In this document: positions 1 through 8,109 of the stretch, piece after piece
Layout of the letters: every line of letters begins with the position of its first letter
How positions within the stretch are numbered: the stretch's first letter is position 1
From: Planctomycetota bacterium
Lineage (GTDB): Bacteria > Planctomycetota > PLA2
Assembly (NCBI GenBank): GCA_021776785.1
Contig: JAJFFF010000001.1
Location: 93,403 to 157,402, forward strand
DNA length: 64,000 nt
Reading direction: 5' to 3'
Position numbers and translations under genes: made by a program
Notes under the pieces: model-generated
Database searches by the model: none
Seen by the model: only the letters and a program-made list of their open reading frames with translations
Told to the model about the DNA's origin: nothing

Positions 1-644
1 ACTGTCATCTTTCGATTCCGAGTGCGGGGCTTTCGTCGCGGGGCGCACGGGGCAATTCGTATCATTCGCTTTACGACCACCTGGGCTGGTACCGGCGCGT
101 CGTCGGCGACTCCTACCAGCCCGCGCGCACGTTGACACGGGTCGTGCAACGGATCATGCTTCGTTTGGCGCACGCCGATCTCGTTCCGCTCGATCCCGCG
201 AGCTTTTACGAGCCCGTCAAGGCGCAGCTCGAACGACTCGAGGAAGACGCCAAGGCGCGTGACGTCGCCTTCTCGCGCGCGACGCTGCAAGCCGTGCTGT
301 TGGAGTACCACGAACGCGCCGCCGTCATGCGTGACGCCATGCGCGCCGCGCTGAAGCGTGGCACGCTCAAAGACGAAAAGCGGATGGAGATGAACCGTTT
401 GCTCCGCGAGATGGAGCGCGATTGGCATCGCGCCAGCGGACTCCCGGGGCGTCCCTGGTTTCGCAACCTCTACGCCGCGTCGGATGAATACTCAGGCTAC
501 GCGGCGTGGGTTTTGCCGGGGCTGCGCGGGGCGGTGGAACGCAAGGACGAAAAGGAACTGGCGTCGATGCAAAAGGCGTACGTGGAAGCGGCCACACGTC
601 TGCGCCGACGCATCGAAGCGTTGCACGCCGTTTTGATTCGCTAA
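1..644 (+). CDS. C-terminal fragment of a PSMA/transferrin-receptor-like M28 peptidase (dimerisation domain). The frame is open from the window edge, so the gene starts upstream of the window.
   Basis: Frame 3 has no stop from nt 3. The translation (NSYHSLYDHLGWYRRVVGDSYQ...RPWFRNLYAASDEYSGYAAWVLPGL) matches the C-terminal region of glutamate carboxypeptidase II-like enzymes (YPLYHSVYETYEL...[29 protein letters not shown]). Confidence 0.55.
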   Translation, partial: CHLSIPSAGLSSRGARGNSYHSLYDHLGWYRRVVGDSYQPARTLTRVVQRIMLRLAHADLVPLDPASFYEPVKAQLERLEEDAKARDVAFSRATLQAVLLEYHERAAVMRDAMRAALKRGTLKDEKRMEMNRLLREMERDWHRASGLPGRPWFRNLYAASDEYSGYAAWVLPGLRGAVERKDEKELASMQKAYVEAATRLRRRIEALHAVLIR

Positions 645-659
645 GGGCCTCGCGACGGC

Positions 660-1373
660 CTAATCAGCTTGCAAGAACGCGAGGGCGTGCGTCGTTAACA
701 GCGCCAGGTCTTTTTGTGTGGCGGGCTGGTTGCCGAGCCGGCGGCTAAAGAAGTGGTTGAGCCCCGGCAAGATCAACGGCTCTACGCCACGCAAGCGTAG
801 CTCCTTGGGCTCCACAAGGGGATCGTTGGCGCCCGCGATGACGAGTACCGGAACGGGCGCGGACGCGACTAAGTCGAGGTCCGGCGTCTCCTTGTACTGC
901 TCGTCTTTGATGCGCCGCCCGAGCAACAGGTTGCTCATCGCCGCGCGGTTGCCGGGCAGTCGCGTGGGCAGTCCGACGAGCACGGCGCGTTGGATCGGAG
1001 CGCCCGCGTGCAACGCGTGCAGTGTGGTGCGCGCTCCGTAGCTGTATCCGATGGCGGAGAGCGCGGGATCGGACGCGTTCCCGCTCAAGAAGTCGATCGC
1101 GCCGGCGAGGTCGTCGGTCGCCAACGGCGATGCGCGCGTCAGGGAGCCGGTCGAAGCACCGACGCCGCGAAAGTTGTAGCGCAGCGACCGGTAGCCCGCG
1201 CGCCCCGCCGCCTCCCAAAGCGCGACGACGACCGGATGGTCCATCGTTCCCGACGCGAGTGGGTGCGGATGGCTGACCACGCAGCATGCGGCCCCGCCCT
1301 CCAGCAATCGACCTTCCAGCGTGACGTCGGTGGCGCGGCGCGCAGGAAACAAGACCGACGTTGATGTGGCCAC
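660..1373 (-). CDS. alpha/beta-fold hydrolase
   Basis: 237 aa with a GYSYGA (GxSxG) nucleophile elbow. Its start is 15 bp downstream of the parA stop, so it is probably co-transcribed with it. Confidence 0.55.
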   Translation of the reverse strand: MATSTSVLFPARRATDVTLEGRLLEGGAACCVVSHPHPLASGTMDHPVVVALWEAAGRAGYRSLRYNFRGVGASTGSLTRASPLATDDLAGAIDFLSGNASDPALSAIGYSYGARTTLHALHAGAPIQRAVLVGLPTRLPGNRAAMSNLLLGRRIKDEQYKETPDLDLVASAPVPVLVIAGANDPLVEPKELRLRGVEPLILPGLNHFFSRRLGNQPATQKDLALLTTHALAFLQAD

Positions 1374-1387
1374 AGCGGCGGAGCGGC

Positions 1388-2248
1388 CTACGGAGCGCCC
1401 GCGGAGGGTCGCTCGATCTCGGCCATGATCTCGTCGACCGCGACGAACTCTTCGCGTTGGGGAAAGAATTTGGGGCGCACCTGCATGGCGTCGACCTCGA
1501 CCGCGAGCGCGGCGTAGTCGGCCGCACCCTTGGACGTCGGGGCGTACGCAAAAATCGAGCGCCCGTGGCCCGGCGCTTCGGCGAGCCGCACGTTGCTGCG
1601 GATGCGCGTCGTAAACACCTTCGGCCCAAAAAACTTGGTGATCTCTTCCTGCACTTCGCGCGCGAGAAGAGTGTTGGTGCGCGACAGCGTCGGCAAGATG
1701 CCGGTGATTTCAATGCGCGGATTGAGGTGTCGCTGCACGCGCGAGACAACCTCTAGGAGTTTGCCGACGCCGCGGAGCGCCAAGAACTCGGTCTGCAGCG
1801 GCACGAACACTTCGCTCGATGCGGCGAGTGCGTTCACCGTCAACAGACCCAGCGACGGCGGGCAATCGAAGATCACGTAGTCGATGTCGGTGTTGGCGCG
1901 CAGGTATCCGTCGAGCGCCTCGCGGACCAGCGTGTCGCGGCCCATAGCCGTCGCCAGTTCCAGCTCGGCGCCCGCCAGGTCGAGGTTGCTCGGGATCAGC
2001 TCCAGGCCGGGCTCGAATTCGAGCGTTCGCACCGAGCGCGCGATGTCGAGGTTGCGTACCAACACCTCGTAAATCGTGTCCTGGGCGTCCTCAGGTTCGA
2101 TGCCGAAGTGGACGGTCAGGCACGCCTGCGGGTCGAGGTCGATAAGCACGACGCGCTTGCCCTGGCGGGCGAGACCCGCGCCCAGGTTGGCGACTGACGT
2201 CGTCTTGCCGACGCCGCCTTTGTGATTAAAGACCGAGATGACACGCAA
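1388..2248 (-). CDS. ParA/Soj/MinD-family P-loop ATPase (orphan; no parB nearby)
   Basis: Deviant Walker A KGGVGKTT at the N-terminus, and a DLDPQ motif. 286 aa. Confidence 0.8.
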   Translation of the reverse strand: MRVISVFNHKGGVGKTTSVANLGAGLARQGKRVVLIDLDPQACLTVHFGIEPEDAQDTIYEVLVRNLDIARSVRTLEFEPGLELIPSNLDLAGAELELATAMGRDTLVREALDGYLRANTDIDYVIFDCPPSLGLLTVNALAASSEVFVPLQTEFLALRGVGKLLEVVSRVQRHLNPRIEITGILPTLSRTNTLLAREVQEEITKFFGPKVFTTRIRSNVRLAEAPGHGRSIFAYAPTSKGAADYAALAVEVDAMQVRPKFFPQREEFVAVDEIMAEIERPSAGAP

Positions 2249-2254
2249 GGAAGG

Positions 2255-3538
2255 CTACAGCGTATCCGAAAAGTCCCCCTCATCCCCCACGGCGGCACGG
2301 GGCGGGAGCGGCTGAATCGAGATTCCGTCGTTTGTTTTCATCACTTCGTCCAACACGACCGTCGCAAAGCTTCCGCGGGGCAGCCGGAAACGAAGGCGGA
2401 GGGCGGGCTCACTCCCGTCGACGACCTCTTCGATCGCGTGATCATCCAGCGGGATGCGTAGCGGCCGGCGCGCCCCCTGCAGTTTGACGCCAGCGCCGAC
2501 AGCGAAGTCGGCGCGCGCAAACCCGGCGGCCCGGAGCACCGTGCGTTCGATTTCGCCCGGGCGACCGTCCGCCAGCAGGGACTTTGTGCCCAACAGCGGT
2601 CCGCTCGGCGACACCTCAAACGTCTGGCAGCGCGGTTGCTCGACATTCGCATCGATGACCGCGAACACGCTCCCGTTGCGGTGGAGAAACGCGAGATCGC
2701 CCGTCATCAGCTTATCCAAGGCGCCCAGCCGCTGCGTGAGGATCTCGTTAAACATCCACGATTGCAGGGCGGAGACGTAGAGTCGCCGCATCGACCCCGG
2801 GACGGCGAGGCTTGCTTTCCGCACGTCGCCGAACCGTACGAGTGCATGGAGGGCCTTGCGTTCCGCGCGCATCTTGTGGGGCATGACCGCGAGGGCATCG
2901 GTGAGGCGACCCGCTTTGAAGTGCGTGCGCGCTTGCTGGAGCATCGGACTCGTGTCCAACCCCTCCGCGCCGCCCAGCAGTGCCTCGACGAAGCCCTGGT
3001 GATCTCCCCGTAGGAGTGCCGCGCCGAGGTGGTGGCTCGTTCCGCGCGAACCAAATCGCTGGCCGCCGAATCGGTTGGGCACGCCGCGCGCCGCCAGGAC
3101 CGCAAAGATCGCGTGCGCGTGCGCGGCTGCGTCGGCGTTCGTCCCCCGGATGACAATCTCGAACCGGTTCCCGCGCAGGTGGCCCAACTTGAGTTTGTTT
3201 TTGTGCATGCGCGCGTCGAGCACACGCACTTGGTCGATCGTCACGGCCTGCGACTGCGCGACCGTGGCGCCGGGCACGCTGATCCATTGCCGCGTGACGG
3301 CGCGCGCGTCCTTGAGCCCGGCGTACCCGACGTCGCGCTCGCGCACCTCGAAGGCGTGCGCGACACGCCGCACCGCCTCAAACGTCGTGAGCCCACGTTT
3401 CTCCAGCCAGAGGTAGAGGTGGTCCCCTTCCCCGGATGGTTCATACAGGGGCACCTCGTCGACCACGAAGTCGTCCAGGGTTTGTTTGATCGATCCGCCC
3501 GTGCCGGGCAGATCAGCGGTGAGGTACGACAGAGACAA
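2255..3538 (-). CDS. truD: tRNA pseudouridine(13) synthase TruD
   Basis: GTGGSIK..DFVVDEVPLYEPSGEGDHLYLWLEK and catalytic GYAGLKDARAVTRQWISV motifs match TruD/Pus7. The ORF's first 56 codons are R/P-rich and look like read-through; a TTG at 3538 aligns with the E. coli TruD N-terminus. The start is uncertain (3538 to 3706). Confidence 0.7.
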   Translation of the reverse strand: MSLSYLTADLPGTGGSIKQTLDDFVVDEVPLYEPSGEGDHLYLWLEKRGLTTFEAVRRVAHAFEVRERDVGYAGLKDARAVTRQWISVPGATVAQSQAVTIDQVRVLDARMHKNKLKLGHLRGNRFEIVIRGTNADAAAHAHAIFAVLAARGVPNRFGGQRFGSRGTSHHLGAALLRGDHQGFVEALLGGAEGLDTSPMLQQARTHFKAGRLTDALAVMPHKMRAERKALHALVRFGDVRKASLAVPGSMRRLYVSALQSWMFNEILTQRLGALDKLMTGDLAFLHRNGSVFAVIDANVEQPRCQTFEVSPSGPLLGTKSLLADGRPGEIERTVLRAAGFARADFAVGAGVKLQGARRPLRIPLDDHAIEEVVDGSEPALRLRFRLPRGSFATVVLDEVMKTNDGISIQPLPPRAAVGDEGDFSDTL

Positions 3539-3555
3539 GCGCGAAGTGTACGATC

Positions 3556-5832
3556 TTGGACGTGCGTCTGCTCCCGATCGCTCTCCTCGTTCTCGTTGGG
3601 GTCGGCGTGTGGTTTGCCACGCGGGACGGAAGTGTGGCTCCCGGCCCGGCGAACGGAGAGGAGCGTGGCGGCGCGACGCCTTTGTTCGCGCCGTCAGGCC
3701 CCTCATTCGTCGGCTCCGAAACGTGCAAGGAGTGCCATCAGGAGCGGCACGCTACGTGGCTTGAGACCGGCCACGCCTACTCGTTGCGCGAAGCGATCCC
3801 GGAGACGGTCGCTGGGCGGTTTGATGGCAAGACGATTCGGACGAAGTACTACGAAGCGACGCCGTATCAAAACGACGGGCAGTATTTTGTGCGCGTTGTC
3901 GGTTTGGACGATCGTCCGTCCGGCGTGTACCGCGTGACGGCCGTCGTCGGGCGCTTGTTTGAACAGGCGTACCTGTTTACGGGACCGAACGGCGAGTGGC
4001 GCGTGCTTCCGATCTGTTGGAGCATCACCGACAAGACGTGGCACCAGACTCACGAGATCTTGGAGGACATCGCGGGACACGTGCAGGCAGTGCCCGAAGA
4101 CTACGACTCACGCGAGCGCATTTTCAATCACGGGTGCGGACAATGCCATGCGACGAACTATGACGTCGGGCACATCATCCGCGAGGACTCGACGACAGCG
4201 TACAAGTCTTCGTTTTTGGAAGGCGCAGTCGCGTGCGAGTCCTGCCACGGTCCCGGTCGCGACCACGCGGCTTGGTACAAGGCCGAGCGTGCGCCCGATA
4301 CACAACTTCCGGAGGGGGTGTCGCTCTTGCGCCCGCACAAGGACCTCGACGCGCAGGGTGTGCTCGAGTCGTGCGGGCGTTGCCACTACCAACATGGTTT
4401 GGAGTACGCGATCGGCGACGACCCGCGCACGAAACGGTTCGACATCGCGCACACACGCAACTACGACAAGGCGGGGTTTACGGCGGACGGGCGCCTTACT
4501 GGTCTCAACTATCACGGTTCGACGCAATCGCAGAGCCCTTGTTTTCTCAAAGGCGACATGAGTTGTCTGAGCTGCCATCAAATGCACGGCGGCGAGAAGT
4601 GGGGGCTCCGTTGGGTCGAGAATTCCAACCAGCAGTGCACGCAGTGTCACGAGGCGCCGCAATACGAAGCACGCGCGCACACGTTTCACGAGCCGGAAAC
4701 GCGCTGTGTCGATTGCCATATGCCGCGCTTCATGGACGGCGTACTGCACTTCATGCGCGACCATCGGATTCGCAGTCCGCAACCGGAGCTGACGGAGCGA
4801 TACGGCCAAGAGAACTCCCCCAACGCGTGCAACGTGTGTCACAAAGACCAAACACCGAAGTGGGCGCGCGAGCACAAAGAGTCGTGGTGGGGCGTGGCGC
4901 CGCGGCGTCTTGTCGACGACGTCGGGCAAGTGGTCGCGCTGCGCAAAGACGCGACGCAGGTTCCGACCGACGCGCTGGCCGCGACCGTCGCCCGTCCTTC
5001 CAGCGAGTTGTTCTTTCGCCTGACCGCGTTGTCTGAGTTGTCACGCCGGATCGACGAGCCGCAAGCGCGCCAGGCGATTCGCGCCGCGCTCACGTCCGAC
5101 CACGTAGAAGTGATTCAAGTGGCCACGCGAGCACTCAGTGTGAATCCGGATCCCAATCCTGACGCCGTGACCACTCTCGTCGGCCTGCTGTCGCATCCGC
5201 TCCGCACGATCCGTGTCTCGGCAGGGTTTAGCTTGGCGCGGTTGGGTTGGCGATCCGCAACCCGTTCTCCCATCACGGACCGGGTCTGGGCGGATACGAT
5301 CGCCGTGTTTGAGCGGCAGCTTATCCTTCGCGAAGCGTCCGTACGCGCGGCGCTCTTGGCCGACGCGCTGCACCGACCGGACGAGGAGTTTCAGTTTCAT
5401 TTCACCCGCGCCGCAAAGCTCCTGCGCAACAAGCGATCCGATCCGACGACGACGCAACTTCTCCTACGCCGGACCCGTCGACTCACAGAGGCCGGCGAGC
5501 ATCAGGTCGCCTTAAAGCAATACCAAGAACTTCTTCGTTTTCTCGGAGAGCCGATTCCGATCCTCTTACTCGACTCGGCAGATTCACTCGCCGCCGTGGG
5601 GCAAGCGGCACTAGCCGTGTCGAACTGGCGCGCCATTCTTGCCTTGCCTAAACCGCCGCGCGTCCTGGCAACGATCGCGCGCGCGCGACTGGCTCACAGT
5701 GCCGGCACACCCGATGACTTGGCGAGCGCGCGGTCGGCCCTGGTCCAACTGATCGGCGAACTGGAGCGTGATCCGATCGGCGGGCAGAGTTTGCGTCGCG
5801 CGAAGTACGCGCTCGACCGCATCGACGAATAG
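3556..5832 (+). CDS. membrane-anchored octaheme c-type cytochrome with a C-terminal HEAT-repeat domain
   Basis: N-terminal hydrophobic anchor. Eight CxxCH motifs (CKECH, CGQCH, CESCH, CGRCH, CLSCH, CTQCH, CVDCH, CNVCH). The C-terminal ~300 aa are alpha-helical HEAT-like repeats. Confidence 0.8.
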   Translation: MDVRLLPIALLVLVGVGVWFATRDGSVAPGPANGEERGGATPLFAPSGPSFVGSETCKECHQERHATWLETGHAYSLREAIPETVAGRFDGKTIRTKYYEATPYQNDGQYFVRVVGLDDRPSGVYRVTAVVGRLFEQAYLFTGPNGEWRVLPICWSITDKTWHQTHEILEDIAGHVQAVPEDYDSRERIFNHGCGQCHATNYDVGHIIREDSTTAYKSSFLEGAVACESCHGPGRDHAAWYKAERAPDTQLPEGVSLLRPHKDLDAQGVLESCGRCHYQHGLEYAIGDDPRTKRFDIAHTRNYDKAGFTADGRLTGLNYHGSTQSQSPCFLKGDMSCLSCHQMHGGEKWGLRWVENSNQQCTQCHEAPQYEARAHTFHEPETRCVDCHMPRFMDGVLHFMRDHRIRSPQPELTERYGQENSPNACNVCHKDQTPKWAREHKESWWGVAPRRLVDDVGQVVALRKDATQVPTDALAATVARPSSELFFRLTALSELSRRIDEPQARQAIRAALTSDHVEVIQVATRALSVNPDPNPDAVTTLVGLLSHPLRTIRVSAGFSLARLGWRSATRSPITDRVWADTIAVFERQLILREASVRAALLADALHRPDEEFQFHFTRAAKLLRNKRSDPTTTQLLLRRTRRLTEAGEHQVALKQYQELLRFLGEPIPILLLDSADSLAAVGQAALAVSNWRAILALPKPPRVLATIARARLAHSAGTPDDLASARSALVQLIGELERDPIGGQSLRRAKYALDRIDE

Positions 5833-5834
5833 GG

Positions 5835-6896
5835 CTATTCCTCGACGGCGTCGCCGAGGCGCAGGCCCTTTTGGACCGCGCGAATCTGTGCGGCGAATCG
5901 TTCCCCGCCTTCGCCGCGCTTCCGCACGCGCAAGGCGAACACGGTCTTATCGCGTGTCGTGCGAAACAGATAGATGTCGGTATGAATCGGCTGCTTGTCG
6001 CGGACGCCCGAAAACCGCATGGCGAGCAAACACGTCGCGCCCGGCGGATCGAAGCCGTCGATCGTCTGCTGCTTCGGATCTTCGTGATCGTTGCCGAACG
6101 CACCAAAAAACGTCGCGAACCAAGTCTTGGGTTCGAAGCGTTCGTGTACGCCATACTCGAACAGGCGCACGCGCAATCGGTGGCGCGGATCCGGATCGAC
6201 GGTCTCTAAGACCACGCGGCACCCGGGGTCGGACACGCTCGACGGCCGCGTCCGTTTCATCGCCGCGGGATGCGGGAGCGCGTATCCCTGCACCAAGTCT
6301 TTGATGATCGCTCCGGGCTTAGTCGCCTTCAGCGGCCCCACCAAAAGTCGAAAACCGGTGTCGAACGCGGCAAGACCTTCGCGACAGCCGTCGTCGTCTT
6401 CCTCGGTCTTTTGGCCGTACACCGTCTCGATGCACTCGTACCAAACGCGATCAAAGCACAGCGCCCGTACGCGGCGCAAACAGCGCGTCCCTTGCAGCGT
6501 GGCCTCCAGGCGGTACTCGACCGCCTTCTGGTCGCCCCAGGTGACTGCACGCACGGCGCCGACGGTTTCTTTGGGGATGCCGGGGAAACGGTAGTGGGCG
6601 GTGCGCGCCTTCAGCGCGACGAGCGTGTCGACGTCGCGCTCCAATCGCTGGCGCGCGAAGTGAACGAACGCGTGCGCGATGTCTTCTCTCTTGTAGACCC
6701 AAACGAACTCGTCGCCGCGGCGTTGCCACCCGACCGGGAGCGGCCCAAGGAGACGATAGTTAAACGCCTCCTCGCGTTCGATCTCGCCGCGCGGAGCGGC
6801 TTGGAGCATGGACGCAAGCAACGCGCCCGCTAGTGCGCACGCGGCCAGCCAAGGCGCAAGAGCGCACCGCGGAAAGACGCGCCGCGCGGTTCGCAT
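5835..6896 (-). CDS. hypothetical exported protein
   Basis: 353 aa with an N-terminal signal peptide (ALAPWLAACALAGALLASMLQA). No recognisable catalytic motif. Confidence 0.45.
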   Translation of the reverse strand: MRTARRVFPRCALAPWLAACALAGALLASMLQAAPRGEIEREEAFNYRLLGPLPVGWQRRGDEFVWVYKREDIAHAFVHFARQRLERDVDTLVALKARTAHYRFPGIPKETVGAVRAVTWGDQKAVEYRLEATLQGTRCLRRVRALCFDRVWYECIETVYGQKTEEDDDGCREGLAAFDTGFRLLVGPLKATKPGAIIKDLVQGYALPHPAAMKRTRPSSVSDPGCRVVLETVDPDPRHRLRVRLFEYGVHERFEPKTWFATFFGAFGNDHEDPKQQTIDGFDPPGATCLLAMRFSGVRDKQPIHTDIYLFRTTRDKTVFALRVRKRGEGGERFAAQIRAVQKGLRLGDAVEE

Positions 6897-6918
6897 CGCC
6901 GAGGAACGAATGCGCCGC

Positions 6919-8079
6919 CTACTTGACCGGGACGAAGTTATCGATGAAGTCTTTGATGTGGTTTTTCCAGATCACAGCACCCGTACCACCGGTGTAGTAG
7001 ATCTGAACTTGATACTGGCGGTCGTTCTTGCACTCCGCGAAATACCAGTCGGTCATTTCCACGACCGTGCGCCGGCCGAGCAACGAGAGGGAAAAGCTCT
7101 TTTTCGCGAGCTTGCACTTCCACTTCTTGTCAATCGTCGGCTTCTTGCGCTTCTTCTTGTCGAAGGTCTTCTCGAAGTACGTGATTTTGCTCTCCGCGAG
7201 CTTGTCGAGCGAGTAGACGCCCTTGCCGCCCTTGAGTGACTTGGCGTACACACGAATCATCATGCGCGTCTGCCCGCGAATGGCTTCGGCCTTAAAGACG
7301 CAGCCACCGGCTTGTTCGAACTTGTCGAACTTATCGGTCGGCGTCATCACCAAGCCCTGCGGCTTGACCAAGTGGAGCTTCCAGAAGTTGAGCTTCACTT
7401 CCTTGCGCTCAAGCAATGCGGGATCGATCTTGTCCGAGTTCACGCCGCTGCCGCCCGTCGGCGCACCCGGCTCCTCGCCCTTTTTTGCTTTCGGATCGGC
7501 CTTGAGTTTTCTGATCTCGAAAAACTTAAATGACTTGCGCAAGCCCTCGAGCTCTTCGTGCAAGTCCGCGTCGTCCACCGCGTCGGCGGAACGATGCACG
7601 TAGTACTGGTAGAGCGTGCTGCCGTTCATGAACACCATCCACGACAGGCGATACTTGCCGCCGGTCATGGCGTGCGTGCCGGTGACATCGACTTCCCAGC
7701 AATCGACTTCACCGATCTTGCCGCCGGTTTGCGTCGTGTACTCCTTGTTCTCGACGATCGATTCGATCTGGTCCTTCCACATCGCACCGAGCTTGGCGGG
7801 ATTGAGCTTGGCTTGGTTGCGAGCGAGCGGCGTCGCGAAGATGTAGACGTTGCAGGCCGCCGGCGGATCCGAATCCGCGTACTCCGACTGCAGATGCAAC
7901 TTCATGCCCTTCTTGGCAAAGACATCTTCGATTTTCATGACTTCCCAATCGATCGAATTGGGATTCGTCACCTGAAAATTCGCTTCTTTCAGCGCGATGA
8001 CGTCGGTTTCGTCCGCGACCGCGTTCGGCGATCGCGTGGCCAACACTAGGATCGACGCTAAGAGAATTGATTGTTTCAT
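6919..8079 (-). CDS. hypothetical secreted lysine-rich modular protein (two ~190-aa modules)
   Basis: Signal peptide MKQSILLASILVLATRSPNAVA. Very K-rich, and the gene's GC (~55%) is well below the surrounding ~68%. Confidence 0.55.
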   Translation of the reverse strand: MKQSILLASILVLATRSPNAVADETDVIALKEANFQVTNPNSIDWEVMKIEDVFAKKGMKLHLQSEYADSDPPAACNVYIFATPLARNQAKLNPAKLGAMWKDQIESIVENKEYTTQTGGKIGEVDCWEVDVTGTHAMTGGKYRLSWMVFMNGSTLYQYYVHRSADAVDDADLHEELEGLRKSFKFFEIRKLKADPKAKKGEEPGAPTGGSGVNSDKIDPALLERKEVKLNFWKLHLVKPQGLVMTPTDKFDKFEQAGGCVFKAEAIRGQTRMMIRVYAKSLKGGKGVYSLDKLAESKITYFEKTFDKKKRKKPTIDKKWKCKLAKKSFSLSLLGRRTVVEMTDWYFAECKNDRQYQVQIYYTGGTGAVIWKNHIKDFIDNFVPVK

Positions 8080-8109
8080 CGCACTCGCCTTCTTTCCGAT
8101 TCTCTCGGT

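Noticed and set aside
4108-4929. 273-aa minus-strand ORF inside the octaheme cytochrome gene
   Set aside because: It is antisense to a gene with 8 CxxCH motifs and shows no motif of its own.
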